This document shows positions 26,787-35,679 of a stretch of 64,000 nt of DNA, piece by piece; the stretch's first letter is position 1; each line of letters begins with the position of its first letter. Source of the DNA: an uncultured Acidimicrobiaceae bacterium (GTDB lineage Bacteria > Actinomycetota > Acidimicrobiia > Acidimicrobiales > RAAP-2); assembly GCA_963734395.1 (NCBI GenBank), contig CAVTGY010000003.1:271878-335877 (forward strand), written 5' to 3'. Made by a program: the position numbers and the translations under genes. A model generated the notes under the pieces. That model did not search any database and had not been told where the DNA came from. It worked only from the letters and a program-made list of their open reading frames with translations.

Positions 26787-27784
26787 CAGCGACTCCCATT
26801 CTGATCGGCACCGACCGTCGTTGGCGTGTCGACCCGGTTGGCGGTCAACGACAGGAAGACTTCGTCCAGGGTCGGTCGGCGCAATCCGATCTCACCGACG
26901 GGAATGGACGCTTCGTTGAGGCGCTGGATCACCGTGGCCAGCTGATCCGTGCCGTTGGTGCTCGACACCATGGCCCTTCTGCCTGAGTGGTCCAATCTGG
27001 GCGGGTTGGCCGTGACCTGGAGGAGGATTCGACCGATGTCTTCGAGCCAGGAGGGCTCGTCGAGAGCGATCTCGATCACCTCCTCACCGATGCGGGCCTT
27101 GAGCTCGCCCAGCGTGCCCGACGCGATGGTCCTGCCGTGGTCGATCACGACGACGCGGTCGGCCAGTTCATTGGCCTCATCGAGGTAGTGAGTGGTCAAA
27201 AGGACGTCGGTCCCCGCCGCGACCAGGTTTCGCACGGCACCCCATACTTCGTTGCGACCGGCGGGATCCAGTCCGGTGGTCGGCTCGTCGAGAAGGAGGA
27301 GCCGGGGTGCACCGACCAGGCTGGCTCCGAGGTCCAGTCGACGACGCTGACCTCCCGAATAGGTGCTGCAGCGTCGGTCGGCCACGTCTTCGAGGCTGAG
27401 CTGTTCGATCACCATCGACGCGGCCCGGTTCGCAGCGCTCTTCCGGTGCCCGAAGAGCCGGGCCGTCATCACCAAGTTCTCTCGACCGGTCATGGTCGGC
27501 TCGACCGCGGCGTACTGGCCGGCCAACCCGATCCCACGTCGGACGGCCAACGGGTCGTGAACGACATCGGTACCCCGCAACCGCAACGAGCCGCTGGTCG
27601 GGCCGATGAGGGTGGCGACAGTACGGACGAAGGTGGTCTTGCCCGCGCCGTTCGGTCCGAGGATGGCCAGCACTTCGCCCGGTGGGGCAACCAGGTCGAG
27701 GCCGTCGAGAGCGGTGACCTTCCCGAACCTGACCGTGAGACCGTCGGCTTCGAGGAGCGGTGCGCCCGTGGTTGTGCTGCTCAT
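26786..27784 (-). CDS. ABC transporter ATP-binding protein (DrrA-like), paralogue of 9955..10959
   Basis: GPNGAGKTT, YSGGQRRRL, LLLDEPTTGLD. Same domain layout and length as the other ATPase (332 vs 334 aa). Confidence 0.9.
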   Translation of the reverse strand: MSSTTTGAPLLEADGLTVRFGKVTALDGLDLVAPPGEVLAILGPNGAGKTTFVRTVATLIGPTSGSLRLRGTDVVHDPLAVRRGIGLAGQYAAVEPTMTGRENLVMTARLFGHRKSAANRAASMVIEQLSLEDVADRRCSTYSGGQRRRLDLGASLVGAPRLLLLDEPTTGLDPAGRNEVWGAVRNLVAAGTDVLLTTHYLDEANELADRVVVIDHGRTIASGTLGELKARIGEEVIEIALDEPSWLEDIGRILLQVTANPPRLDHSGRRAMVSSTNGTDQLATVIQRLNEASIPVGEIGLRRPTLDEVFLSLTANRVDTPTTVGADQNGSR

Positions 27785-27907
27785 GAGCCTCGAATCCGTT
27801 CGGTCTTTGGAGCCGGCCCATGGGGCGATTCCAGAGCCCCGTTCCTCTCGATTGATGACATCCGGTCACTCCTCCTGGGTCGTGCGATCCGGAGTCATCA
27901 TCTCATA

Positions 27908-27970
27908 TAGACTAGTCACTAGTCAACTAGTATGACACAAACGTCTAGCGCGGGAGCAACTAGTACACTG
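27908..27970. promoter_or_regulatory. AT-rich control region with four ACTAGT palindromes and a -10-like TACACT
   Basis: ACTAGT at 27911-27916, 27918-27923, 27926-27931 and 27959-27964; the first is embedded in the palindrome GACTAGTC. TACACT (27964-27969) lies 6 nt before the padR-like ATG, with no SD sequence. Confidence 0.5.
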
Positions 27971-27975
27971 ATTCA

Positions 27976-28620
27976 ATGGAGGAGTCGAAGTTCCGTGCCT
28001 CGTCGCTCGCCCTCGCCGTGTTGAGCCTGCTCGAGGTGGGACCGCTTCACCCCTACGGCATTCAGCGCCTCATTAAGCAGTGGGGGAAAGACAAGGTCGT
28101 CAACGTAGGAAACCGGGCGAACTTGTACAAGACGATCAAGAGGCTGCACGACGCGGGGCTGATCGCCGTTCGCCTAACCGAGCGCGACCAGCAGTACCCG
28201 GAACGCACGGTCTACGAGTTGACCGAGGAGGGTCGGCAGACGGCCCGGGTATGGCTTGCCCAGATGTTGTCGACTCCTCGCAACGAGTTCCCCGACTTCC
28301 CCGCGGCACTCTCGTTCGCCATGCTTCTCGGCCCTGACGAGATGGTCGCCGTGCTCGAACGGCGAGCCGACCTGCTCGAAGTCGACGTGGCCACCCACCA
28401 TCGAGACTTGGAGCTCCACGCCGGCTCCCTGCCCCGGGTGACCTTGCTCGACGACGAATATCAGATCGCCGTCGCTACCGCCGAGCTGACCTGGATACGC
28501 GGCGTCATCGATGATCTGCGATCCGGACTCCTCACCTGGGGCGACGAACTCGCCGAGGCGGCCGCGTCCTCGCTGATAGAGGCGGGTGTGACAAGGGAGG
28601 AACTCGGCGGCGGCCATTGA
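27976..28620 (+). CDS. PadR family transcriptional regulator
   Basis: Winged-HTH pattern LALAVLSLLEVGPLHPYGIQRLIKQWGKDKVVNVGNRANLYKTIKRLHDAGLI. Divergent from the ABC operon. Confidence 0.85.
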   Translation: MEESKFRASSLALAVLSLLEVGPLHPYGIQRLIKQWGKDKVVNVGNRANLYKTIKRLHDAGLIAVRLTERDQQYPERTVYELTEEGRQTARVWLAQMLSTPRNEFPDFPAALSFAMLLGPDEMVAVLERRADLLEVDVATHHRDLELHAGSLPRVTLLDDEYQIAVATAELTWIRGVIDDLRSGLLTWGDELAEAAASSLIEAGVTREELGGGH

Positions 28621-28810
28621 GCAAGGGACTGGCGTCATCCATCCGATCTTCGGGGCTGCATCCCCGAGGTGCCCGCGACTGCACCAGGGTGACTCCGGTT
28701 TTCGGATGCCCGGTCGGTCTGCGCTCAGGAGCCCGTCGGGTGGCGATACCCCAGATCTGATGCGTCGACTCTTCGGCTCGGGTCGCAAGTCCCGTATGGT
28801 CTAATGGATC

Positions 28811-29044
28811 ATGTTCTACGTTTTGGTCTTTGGTCTCCTGGCGGTGGTCCTGGTCGTTTCCTTCTTCGCAACCTGGTCACGGCGGCGCAGGTCGAGCTTG
28901 GGCTACTCCGTCGAGGAATCGCCATCCGCTTCGACGGCCGGCTCGGCGCACAGTGGTGGCGTCCATCACACCACCGACGCGGCACGGAGGAAACGGAAGA
29001 CCGAGCGCGCCCAGTCCCGGAAAGATCGGCGCAAACGTCACTAG
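28811..29044 (+). CDS. small membrane protein with strongly basic C-terminal tail (hypothetical)
   Basis: 77 aa. One TM (FYVLVFGLLAVVLVVSFFATW) followed by RRRR...RRKRKTERAQSRKDRRKRH. Third-position GC is high. The stop overlaps the convergent receiver-gene stop within CTAG. Weak RBS. Confidence 0.45.
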   Translation: MFYVLVFGLLAVVLVVSFFATWSRRRRSSLGYSVEESPSASTAGSAHSGGVHHTTDAARRKRKTERAQSRKDRRKRH

Positions 29045-29415
29045 TCTGCGGCCTGCACAAGAAGCGCTTCGATCTTGTCAAGCAATCGGACGAACTCGAT
29101 CGGCTTGGTGTCATAGTCGTCGCAACCGGCAGCCAGAGCTCGCTCCTCGTCACCAGCCATCGAATGGGCCGTCAACGCGATCACGGGAACAGCGGAGGTG
29201 CTCGGATCGGCTTTGAGCTCTCCCGCCGCTTGCCATCCGGTGACCACCGGGAGACTCATGTCGAGCAAGATGAGGTCGGGAGGATCCGTGCGCGCGGAGG
29301 CCAGGCATTCAGCACCATCGACCGCGGTGGTGACCTGGTAGCCGCGGCGCGCCAAACGCCGGGAGAGCATGTCGCGATTGAGCTCATTGTCGTCGACAAG
29401 GAGGATCCGGCTCAT
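29041..29415 (-). CDS. stand-alone response-regulator receiver (CheY-like)
   Basis: ILLVDDNELNR, phospho-acceptor context LILLDMSLP, ALTAH, DDYDTKP. ATGA overlap with the upstream histidine kinase. Confidence 0.9.
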   Translation of the reverse strand: MSRILLVDDNELNRDMLSRRLARRGYQVTTAVDGAECLASARTDPPDLILLDMSLPVVTGWQAAGELKADPSTSAVPVIALTAHSMAGDEERALAAGCDDYDTKPIEFVRLLDKIEALLVQAAD

Positions 29416-30859
29416 TCGGACACGTCCGCCCTGGCTCCGGCGGCTACGGCCGGAAGTTGGTCTCCGCTGTTCGACCTCCCTCTGGCGTTCCGAGGTAACC
29501 GGACGGTGAACGTCGAACCCACGCGGGCCTCACTTTGAGCATCGATGGATCCACCCAGGATCTCGCAGAACTGCCGGGTAATCGACAAGCCGAGCCCGGT
29601 TCCCCCGAAATCGCGAGCGGTCGAGTCCTCTGCTTGAACGAATGCGTCAAAGACGCGATCAAGCTGTGCCGTCGACATCCCGATGCCGGTGTCCCGGACA
29701 ATGAACTCAACAAACTCGGAGCCTTGGTTGTGGTCAACCCTTGCGTTGAGCGTGATCACCCCTCCTTGGGTGAACTTGCATGCGTTGCTGAGAAGGTTGA
29801 GGAGAACTTGACGAACCTTTGTCGGGTCCGAGCACATCGAGCCGAGGTGACCGGGTGCGATCATGTCGAGTCGGTTGGAGTTCTGGTCTACCAGCGGGTT
29901 GATCGTGTCGGATAATTCCCGCAACAGGTGATCGAGGTCAAAATCCTCGACCTTGACGTCCATCTTTCCCGCCTCGATCTTGGAGAGGTCGAGCACACCG
30001 TTGATGAGGGACAGTAGATAGCGTCCGGAACTGGCAATGCGACCGATATCCAGCATGTAACTGTCGCCGCGCTCCCGGCCTCCTCTTCGATCAACTCGCT
30101 GTAACCGATAATCGCATTGAGAGGCGTCCTCAGCTCGTGGCTCATGTTGGCGAGGAAGTCACTCTTTGCCCGGCTGGCCTGGAGCGCCTCGTCACGAGCA
30201 ACCGCCAGTTCCGCGGTTCGGGACTCGACCTTACGCTCCAGCGTCCGCTCGGATTCGCGCAACGCCTCGTTCGCGGCCATGGCCTCATCGATCGTGTCTT
30301 GCATTCGCGCACCCGATTGCGAGATGGAAAGCATGCACAGAACAGCACCGATGAGCGTTCCTACCGGTACCAGAACGCGCAGCAACGTGTCGGGTAACGG
30401 GTTTAGCGACATCAGCGGATTGAGGGACGCGAATATCGCACCCACGGTCAGGATTCCGGTGGCTCCGATTATGAGGCGAAGGAGGTGCTTGCCAGTGACG
30501 AATGGGAGGGCAATTACGACAGCCAAGATGGAGAAGACGGCAGTGAGGGGCCAGAGCCGGGGTGCGAAGATGCCGGTTGTCACCGTTTGACACCAGACCC
30601 CGATCACCAGGGCGGTGACGGCCACTGCGATCCGGTCGCTACGCGCGTAGTGCTTCGCGAACCGCTGAGCGACGATCGTCAATAGCAGCCCAACCTCCAA
30701 GACGATCAGAATGGGAGCACGATAGAGCAGGAAGTAGAGAAGGAGGATGACCAGCACGGTCAGGGGTGCCGCCGGCTCATTGAAGCGAATGAGTTGACGA
30801 AGTCGGTCGGCACTCACTTCGGTGGATTGGTCTGTGGCGTCCGCCGGCGTCGATGTCAT
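29412..30859 (-). pseudogene. membrane histidine kinase (multi-TM sensor, HisKA, HATPase_c) split by a 1-nt frameshift at a GGG run (30074-30076)
   Basis: ORF 29888..30985 carries the TM region and the H-box [26 protein letters not shown] 29412..30056 carries the rest ([17 protein letters not shown]-box LLNLLSNACKF, DTGIGM, GGTGLGLSI). The frame of the second ORF is open upstream as ...[11 protein letters not shown]. Start ATG 30859 is preceded by GGTGAGG. Confidence 0.85.
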
Positions 30860-30966
30860 CGCCTCACCGTTCCTTCCAGCTCCAGCATGTCCACCAGCCA
30901 GTACTCCTGGTCGCATTGTACGATACGGAGCCATGAACGGCGCCGCCGACGGCGGGCGAACCGCAG

Positions 30967-32337
30967 GTGACGGTGAGTGAGACACGGAGCGCCCTGCGGA
31001 GTCTGCAGCATGCGCTGAGGACCCGACTCGGTCAGATCATCGGGTACGGCGAGCTTCTGGAAGAAGATCTTCGCGATCGCGCGATCATCGATCTCCTGCC
31101 TGACGTCAAGCGCATCGTTGACGCGGCGCACGAGCTGCTCCACGATTTCGACGGACCACTTTTTGCGGGCGAGGCCGAACCGGCGCCGTTGAAGTCTGAG
31201 CAAACCACAGGGGAGGATGCGGTCCGGCCTGCCGACGGGGACCGGTCCGGCCGCATCCTTGTGATCGATGACGAGGAGTCGAACCGTTCTCTTTTGCGCC
31301 GACGGCTCATCGGACAGGGTTATTCGGTGTCGGAGGCCAGCAGCGGGGCTGGTGCGCTCAGGATGATCGAAGACGAGTCCTTTGATGTGCTGTTACTCGA
31401 TTTCATGATGCCGGAAATGGACGGCCTCGAGACCCTTGATGCGATCCGCAAGAGGTACTCGATCTCTGAGCTCCCGGTGGTCATGGCGACCGCTCGTACC
31501 GATCGTGAAGATGTTGTACGGGCTTTGAATCATGGGGCGAACGACTACGTCGGCAAGCCATTCGACTTCAGCATCGTCATTGCCCGCGTCCAGACACAAC
31601 TCGCACTACGAACAGCCGGTCGTGAGATCGAATCCCTGTTGCACCAAGTCGAAATCCGCAACGCATTCCTGCGCCAAACGCTCGGCCGGTACCTCTCCGA
31701 CGATGTCGCCGCCAGCCTTCTCGATCGCGACGATGGACTGGAGATCGCGGGTGAGCGTAGGCGGGTAACCGTGTTGATGACCGACCTACGCGGATTCACC
31801 TCTCTCACCGAACGCCTGCAACCGCGCCAGATCATCGCGACCCTGAATGAGTACCTGGGGGCAATGACGGGAGTAATCGATGATCATCAGGGGACGGTCG
31901 ACGAGTTCATCGGCGACGGGATCCTTGCTCTGTTCGGTGCATTTGGACAACGTGAGGATGACGCCCAGCGGGGCATCGCCTGTGCAGTCGCCATGCAAAC
32001 CGCGCTCCGTGATCTCAATGATCGCAACCGGCAACGCGCAATGCCGGAAGTGGCGATGGGCATCGGAATCGCCACTGGTGATGTCGTCGTCGGCAACATC
32101 GGCTCGGAGAAGCGCTCGAAGTTCACGGCGATCGGGAGTGCGGTCAACCTTGCGGCGCGCCTTGAGGGCCGTGCGGGAGGCGGCGAGATCCTGATCTCGC
32201 CCCAAACCTACGAGGACGTCCAGAAGCTGGTCGATGTCGAAGAGCTGCGCGAACTGGTCCTCAAGGGTTTTGACGGCGTCGTTGAAGCCCGCAGTGTCTC
32301 TGGCATTCGCAAGGCACACGGGCTCTCTTCAACATGA
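30967..32337 (+). CDS. DHp(HisKA-like, no ATPase) - receiver - class III nucleotide cyclase fusion protein
   Basis: N-terminal [26 protein letters not shown] aligns with the H-box of the neighbouring kinase and keeps the His. REC motifs ([35 protein letters not shown]). Cyclase motifs ([40 protein letters not shown]). Confidence 0.85.
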   Translation: MTVSETRSALRSLQHALRTRLGQIIGYGELLEEDLRDRAIIDLLPDVKRIVDAAHELLHDFDGPLFAGEAEPAPLKSEQTTGEDAVRPADGDRSGRILVIDDEESNRSLLRRRLIGQGYSVSEASSGAGALRMIEDESFDVLLLDFMMPEMDGLETLDAIRKRYSISELPVVMATARTDREDVVRALNHGANDYVGKPFDFSIVIARVQTQLALRTAGREIESLLHQVEIRNAFLRQTLGRYLSDDVAASLLDRDDGLEIAGERRRVTVLMTDLRGFTSLTERLQPRQIIATLNEYLGAMTGVIDDHQGTVDEFIGDGILALFGAFGQREDDAQRGIACAVAMQTALRDLNDRNRQRAMPEVAMGIGIATGDVVVGNIGSEKRSKFTAIGSAVNLAARLEGRAGGGEILISPQTYEDVQKLVDVEELRELVLKGFDGVVEARSVSGIRKAHGLSST

Positions 32338-32490
32338 TGCCTGACCTGCGAGTTCCACAGAAGTCGACCCGGACGGCAGCCGATGGTCGACTGAACCGGA
32401 CAGGGCCCATTTCGGGCACCGACCAGGGTGGCGACTTGTCCGGCATGCCCCGACCGGCTGTCCTTTGCGCCTCGGGACTACTATGGGCTC

Positions 32491-33663
32491 ATGCGGGGGA
32501 AAAGAGCGCGCGTCGTCGCGACACTGGTGGCACTGGCCGCGGCATTGGTGACCAGTAGGGCGGTGGCCGGTGCCAGCGCGACGGCCAGCACGCCGACAGT
32601 GACCCAGATCGTCCTGCAGGCGCCCACGGCCTACAAGCCGAAGGCGCCGCCGGGCGGAGGCACCGATGACTACCACTGCACGCTGCTCAACCCCCATCTG
32701 AAGAAGAACGCCTTCATCACCTCGATCAATTTCCAGCCCAACAGCCCTGAGGTCCACCACGAGATCACCTACGCGGTTCCTCCCGATCTGGCGTCCGAGG
32801 CGGAGGCCCAGAACGCGGGCGGCAAAGGGTGGACGTGTTTCGGCGAGTCCGGGCTCTCGGGAGCCAGTGCGGTTACCTCATTGAACGGTGGAACCCCGTG
32901 GTTGACCGCCTGGGGTCCCGGCCACGACATCTCGAAGGAACCGGCCGGCACCGGCGCGCCCATGCCTGCCGGAAGCCTGGTCATCGTGCAGGAGCACTAC
33001 AACCTGCTGGTGGGGGACAAGCCGGTCCGCTCCAAGCTGACGCTCAACACCGTACCGGCGACAACTCCCCTGCGCCCCCTGCGCCTCGACCTGGCTGCCG
33101 CCCCGCCGGATGTTCCCTGTGCGCCCGGGGTCACCGGACCGATGTGCAGCCGCGCCGCCGAAATGGCGAGCGTGGGTCAACGCTTCGGGACCGACCAGGA
33201 GTTACTGGTCGACGGGCTCGAGGCAATCTGTGGACGCAATCCAAGTGACCCGCCGGTCGGGGACACCACGACCTGCACCTGGCCCATTCGAGGCCAGGGA
33301 AACATCGTGGAGCTGGCTCCGCACATGCACCTGCTCGGCGTGGGCATGAAGTTCGTCCTCAATCCGGGCACGCCGACTCAGAAGACGTTGCTCGACGTGA
33401 CGGACTACGACTTCCATTACCAGCGGGGCTACGACTTGGCCAAGCCGGTGCCGGTGGGTCGGGGCGACACCATCGGCATCACCTGTACCTACGATCCCAG
33501 AGAGCAAGAAGAGCTCCCTATCTTGCGCAAAGTGCCCCCTCACTTCGTCACCTGGGGAGACGGGTCGACAGATGAGATGTGCCTTGGTTTGATCTTCATG
33601 ACACCACCAGCCGGCGAATCCGAGTCGACGGCGCTGGCTCACGCTTTCCCGTCCAACGTCTGA
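32491..33663 (+). CDS. secreted copper type II ascorbate-dependent monooxygenase-like (PHM/DBH-like) protein
   Basis: ORF 32428..33663; ATG 32491 gives the signal peptide MRGKRARVVATLVALAAALVTSRAVAGASA. CuH-like ligands EVHHEI and QEHYN. CuM-like ligands HMHLLG and TDEMCLG. Confidence 0.7.
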   Translation: MRGKRARVVATLVALAAALVTSRAVAGASATASTPTVTQIVLQAPTAYKPKAPPGGGTDDYHCTLLNPHLKKNAFITSINFQPNSPEVHHEITYAVPPDLASEAEAQNAGGKGWTCFGESGLSGASAVTSLNGGTPWLTAWGPGHDISKEPAGTGAPMPAGSLVIVQEHYNLLVGDKPVRSKLTLNTVPATTPLRPLRLDLAAAPPDVPCAPGVTGPMCSRAAEMASVGQRFGTDQELLVDGLEAICGRNPSDPPVGDTTTCTWPIRGQGNIVELAPHMHLLGVGMKFVLNPGTPTQKTLLDVTDYDFHYQRGYDLAKPVPVGRGDTIGITCTYDPREQEELPILRKVPPHFVTWGDGSTDEMCLGLIFMTPPAGESESTALAHAFPSNV

Positions 33664-33757
33664 GCGGCCCCGAAGTTGGTGAATGGGTAATCACACCCGT
33701 GTAATCGTCACACCCCGGCTGCACCCTGATTCCGAACCAATAATCGGAAGGAATCAG

Positions 33758-34657
33758 ATGACCAAGGTGCTCGATTTGGATTTGAAGGTGGGCGATGGAG
33801 TGGCAGTTGGAGGACTCAGGGTCTTCCCGCTGACCGGTCAGAACCCGGGTGGACCTCCCTACCTGACCGGACCCGAAGCCTGCGCGGAGGGACTCATCGA
33901 GGTGAACGAACTCGACCCACCGCGGGTGCCGTTCCTAGCGGTGACCAATCTGGCAGAAGTGCCGATCCTGCTCGTCGAGGGGGAGATGCTCATCGGCGGG
34001 GACCAGAACCGAACCATGAACGTGACGGTCCTGTGCCCACCGCGAGCACTCATGCATGTGCCTGTCTCCTGTGTCGAAGCCGGTCGGTGGGGAGCGAGAC
34101 GGGCGGTGTCCGCCTCGAGGAGGCACGCACCCGGATCGCTCCGGGCGGCCAAGACGGCAAGTCTGGAGCCGAGGACGAGTGACGATTCGAGTCGGCGATC
34201 CGATCAGGGTCGGGTGTGGGATGAGGTCGACCGCCAATCGATTGCTCACGGCGTCAACTCGGAAACTTCAGCCCTGGAGGACGTCCAGCTGGAGGTCGAG
34301 GCCCGCCTGTCCGACGAGCTCGATCGGATCGAACCGCTGCCTGATCAGGTCGGTGTCGTATGCATGATCGGAGACCGGGTGGCGGGGTTGGATCTCTTCG
34401 ACAAGCCCACAACACTCGGGAAGTACCTGCGCGGGATCATCGCCGGCCATGTCCTCGACGCGCCGTCGTCGAACTGGAACTCGGATTCGATCCGGGTCAT
34501 CGAACGCTTCCTCGGTCAGATCGACTCGGCGGGACGGGACAGCGGGCGAGGCGTGGGCCTCGGAGAGGAGATCTTCCTGCACGGAGACGTGGCCGGGGTA
34601 GGTCTCACCTACGAGGAACGCCTGATTCATCTGGCCGCTTTTGCAACGCCGGCATGA
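33758..34657 (+). CDS. ARPP-1-like family protein (unknown biochemical function)
   Basis: ORF 33683..34657; ATG 33758 is preceded by GGAAGGA. The pattern LRVFPL...YLTGPEA...GLIEVNEL...VPILLVEGEMLIGGDQNRTMN...PVSCVEAGRWG is what I remember for the ARPP-1 family. Needs HMM confirmation. Confidence 0.55.
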   Translation: MTKVLDLDLKVGDGVAVGGLRVFPLTGQNPGGPPYLTGPEACAEGLIEVNELDPPRVPFLAVTNLAEVPILLVEGEMLIGGDQNRTMNVTVLCPPRALMHVPVSCVEAGRWGARRAVSASRRHAPGSLRAAKTASLEPRTSDDSSRRSDQGRVWDEVDRQSIAHGVNSETSALEDVQLEVEARLSDELDRIEPLPDQVGVVCMIGDRVAGLDLFDKPTTLGKYLRGIIAGHVLDAPSSNWNSDSIRVIERFLGQIDSAGRDSGRGVGLGEEIFLHGDVAGVGLTYEERLIHLAAFATPA

Positions 34658-35676
34658 ACCATCGCCATGGGAGACTGACCTTCGTGAGAGGTTTCGATGT
34701 CATCGGTGACGTCCACGGCTTTGCTGACAAGCTCGAGGGTCTCCTTCAGGAGCTCGGTTACGAGGAGCGAGACAGGGCCTACCGGTATGCGGGATCCGGG
34801 GAGGAGCGCCAGGTCATCTTCGTCGGCGACCTCGTGGACCGCGGTACCCAGCAGATCAAGACCCTCGAGATCGTGCGCGCCATGGTCGACGCCGGCAGTG
34901 CCCAGACGGTGATGGGAAACCACGAGTTCAACGCCATCTCGTTTGCCACGCCCGACCCGGAGAAACCCGGGGAGTTCATGCGGCCACACAACAAGAAGAA
35001 CCGGATGCAGCACAAGGAGTTCACCACGCAGATCCCGGTCAATACCCGCTTGTATGCCTACTGGATCAGGTGGTTCACGACGCTCCCGCTCTGGCTCGAT
35101 CTCGGCGGGATCCGAGTCGTCCACGCCTGCTGGAACAGAGGCCAGATCGACAAGGTCAAGGAGTGGGTGCCGCCCGGAACCCCGATGAGCAGCGAGTTCG
35201 TTGTTCGGGCCAACCGCAAAGGGCGCCCGGAACACAGGGCAATCGAGGTGCTGCTCAAAGGTCCCGAGCTGAGTCTCGCCAAGCACGGGCAGCCGGGCTT
35301 CCGGGACAAAGGTGACCACGTTCGAAACGAAGCACGCATCCGCTGGTGGCACGCCGAGGGGAGAACTCTCCGTGAGCTGGCCGAAATCCCACCGGATGCG
35401 AAGACCGAACGCGGTGGCGAGTACCCACCGCTCCCCGATGACCCCTGTCCGGAAGAGGCGGTCTACGACTACCGCGACCCGATGCCTGTCTTTTACGGCC
35501 ACTACTGGCGCAAGGGAGAGCCGACCAAGGGAGAGGACTGGACCAGCAACACCGTTTGTGTGGACTTCAGTGCCGTAAAGGGTGGGCCTCTTGCGGCCTA
35601 CCGGTGGAATGAAGGCGAAGAGATCTCTTTCGAGCATTTCGCCGCCTACGAAGGCAACAAACAATTGGGCAAGTAG
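34654..35676 (+). CDS. PPP-family metallophosphoesterase (PrpE/ApaH-like, possible Ap4A or protein phosphatase)
   Basis: The ATG at 34654 overlaps the upstream stop (ATGA). Motifs DVIGDVHG, FVGDLVDRG, MGNHEFN, VVHACW, FYGHYW. Confidence 0.85.
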   Translation: MNHRHGRLTFVRGFDVIGDVHGFADKLEGLLQELGYEERDRAYRYAGSGEERQVIFVGDLVDRGTQQIKTLEIVRAMVDAGSAQTVMGNHEFNAISFATPDPEKPGEFMRPHNKKNRMQHKEFTTQIPVNTRLYAYWIRWFTTLPLWLDLGGIRVVHACWNRGQIDKVKEWVPPGTPMSSEFVVRANRKGRPEHRAIEVLLKGPELSLAKHGQPGFRDKGDHVRNEARIRWWHAEGRTLRELAEIPPDAKTERGGEYPPLPDDPCPEEAVYDYRDPMPVFYGHYWRKGEPTKGEDWTSNTVCVDFSAVKGGPLAAYRWNEGEEISFEHFAAYEGNKQLGK

Positions 35677-35679
35677 ACG

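Noticed and set aside
28804-29538. 244-aa plus-strand ORF spanning the receiver gene
   Set aside because: Antisense to a canonical CheY-like receiver. Only its first part overlaps the more plausible 77-aa small ORF, which is in a different frame.
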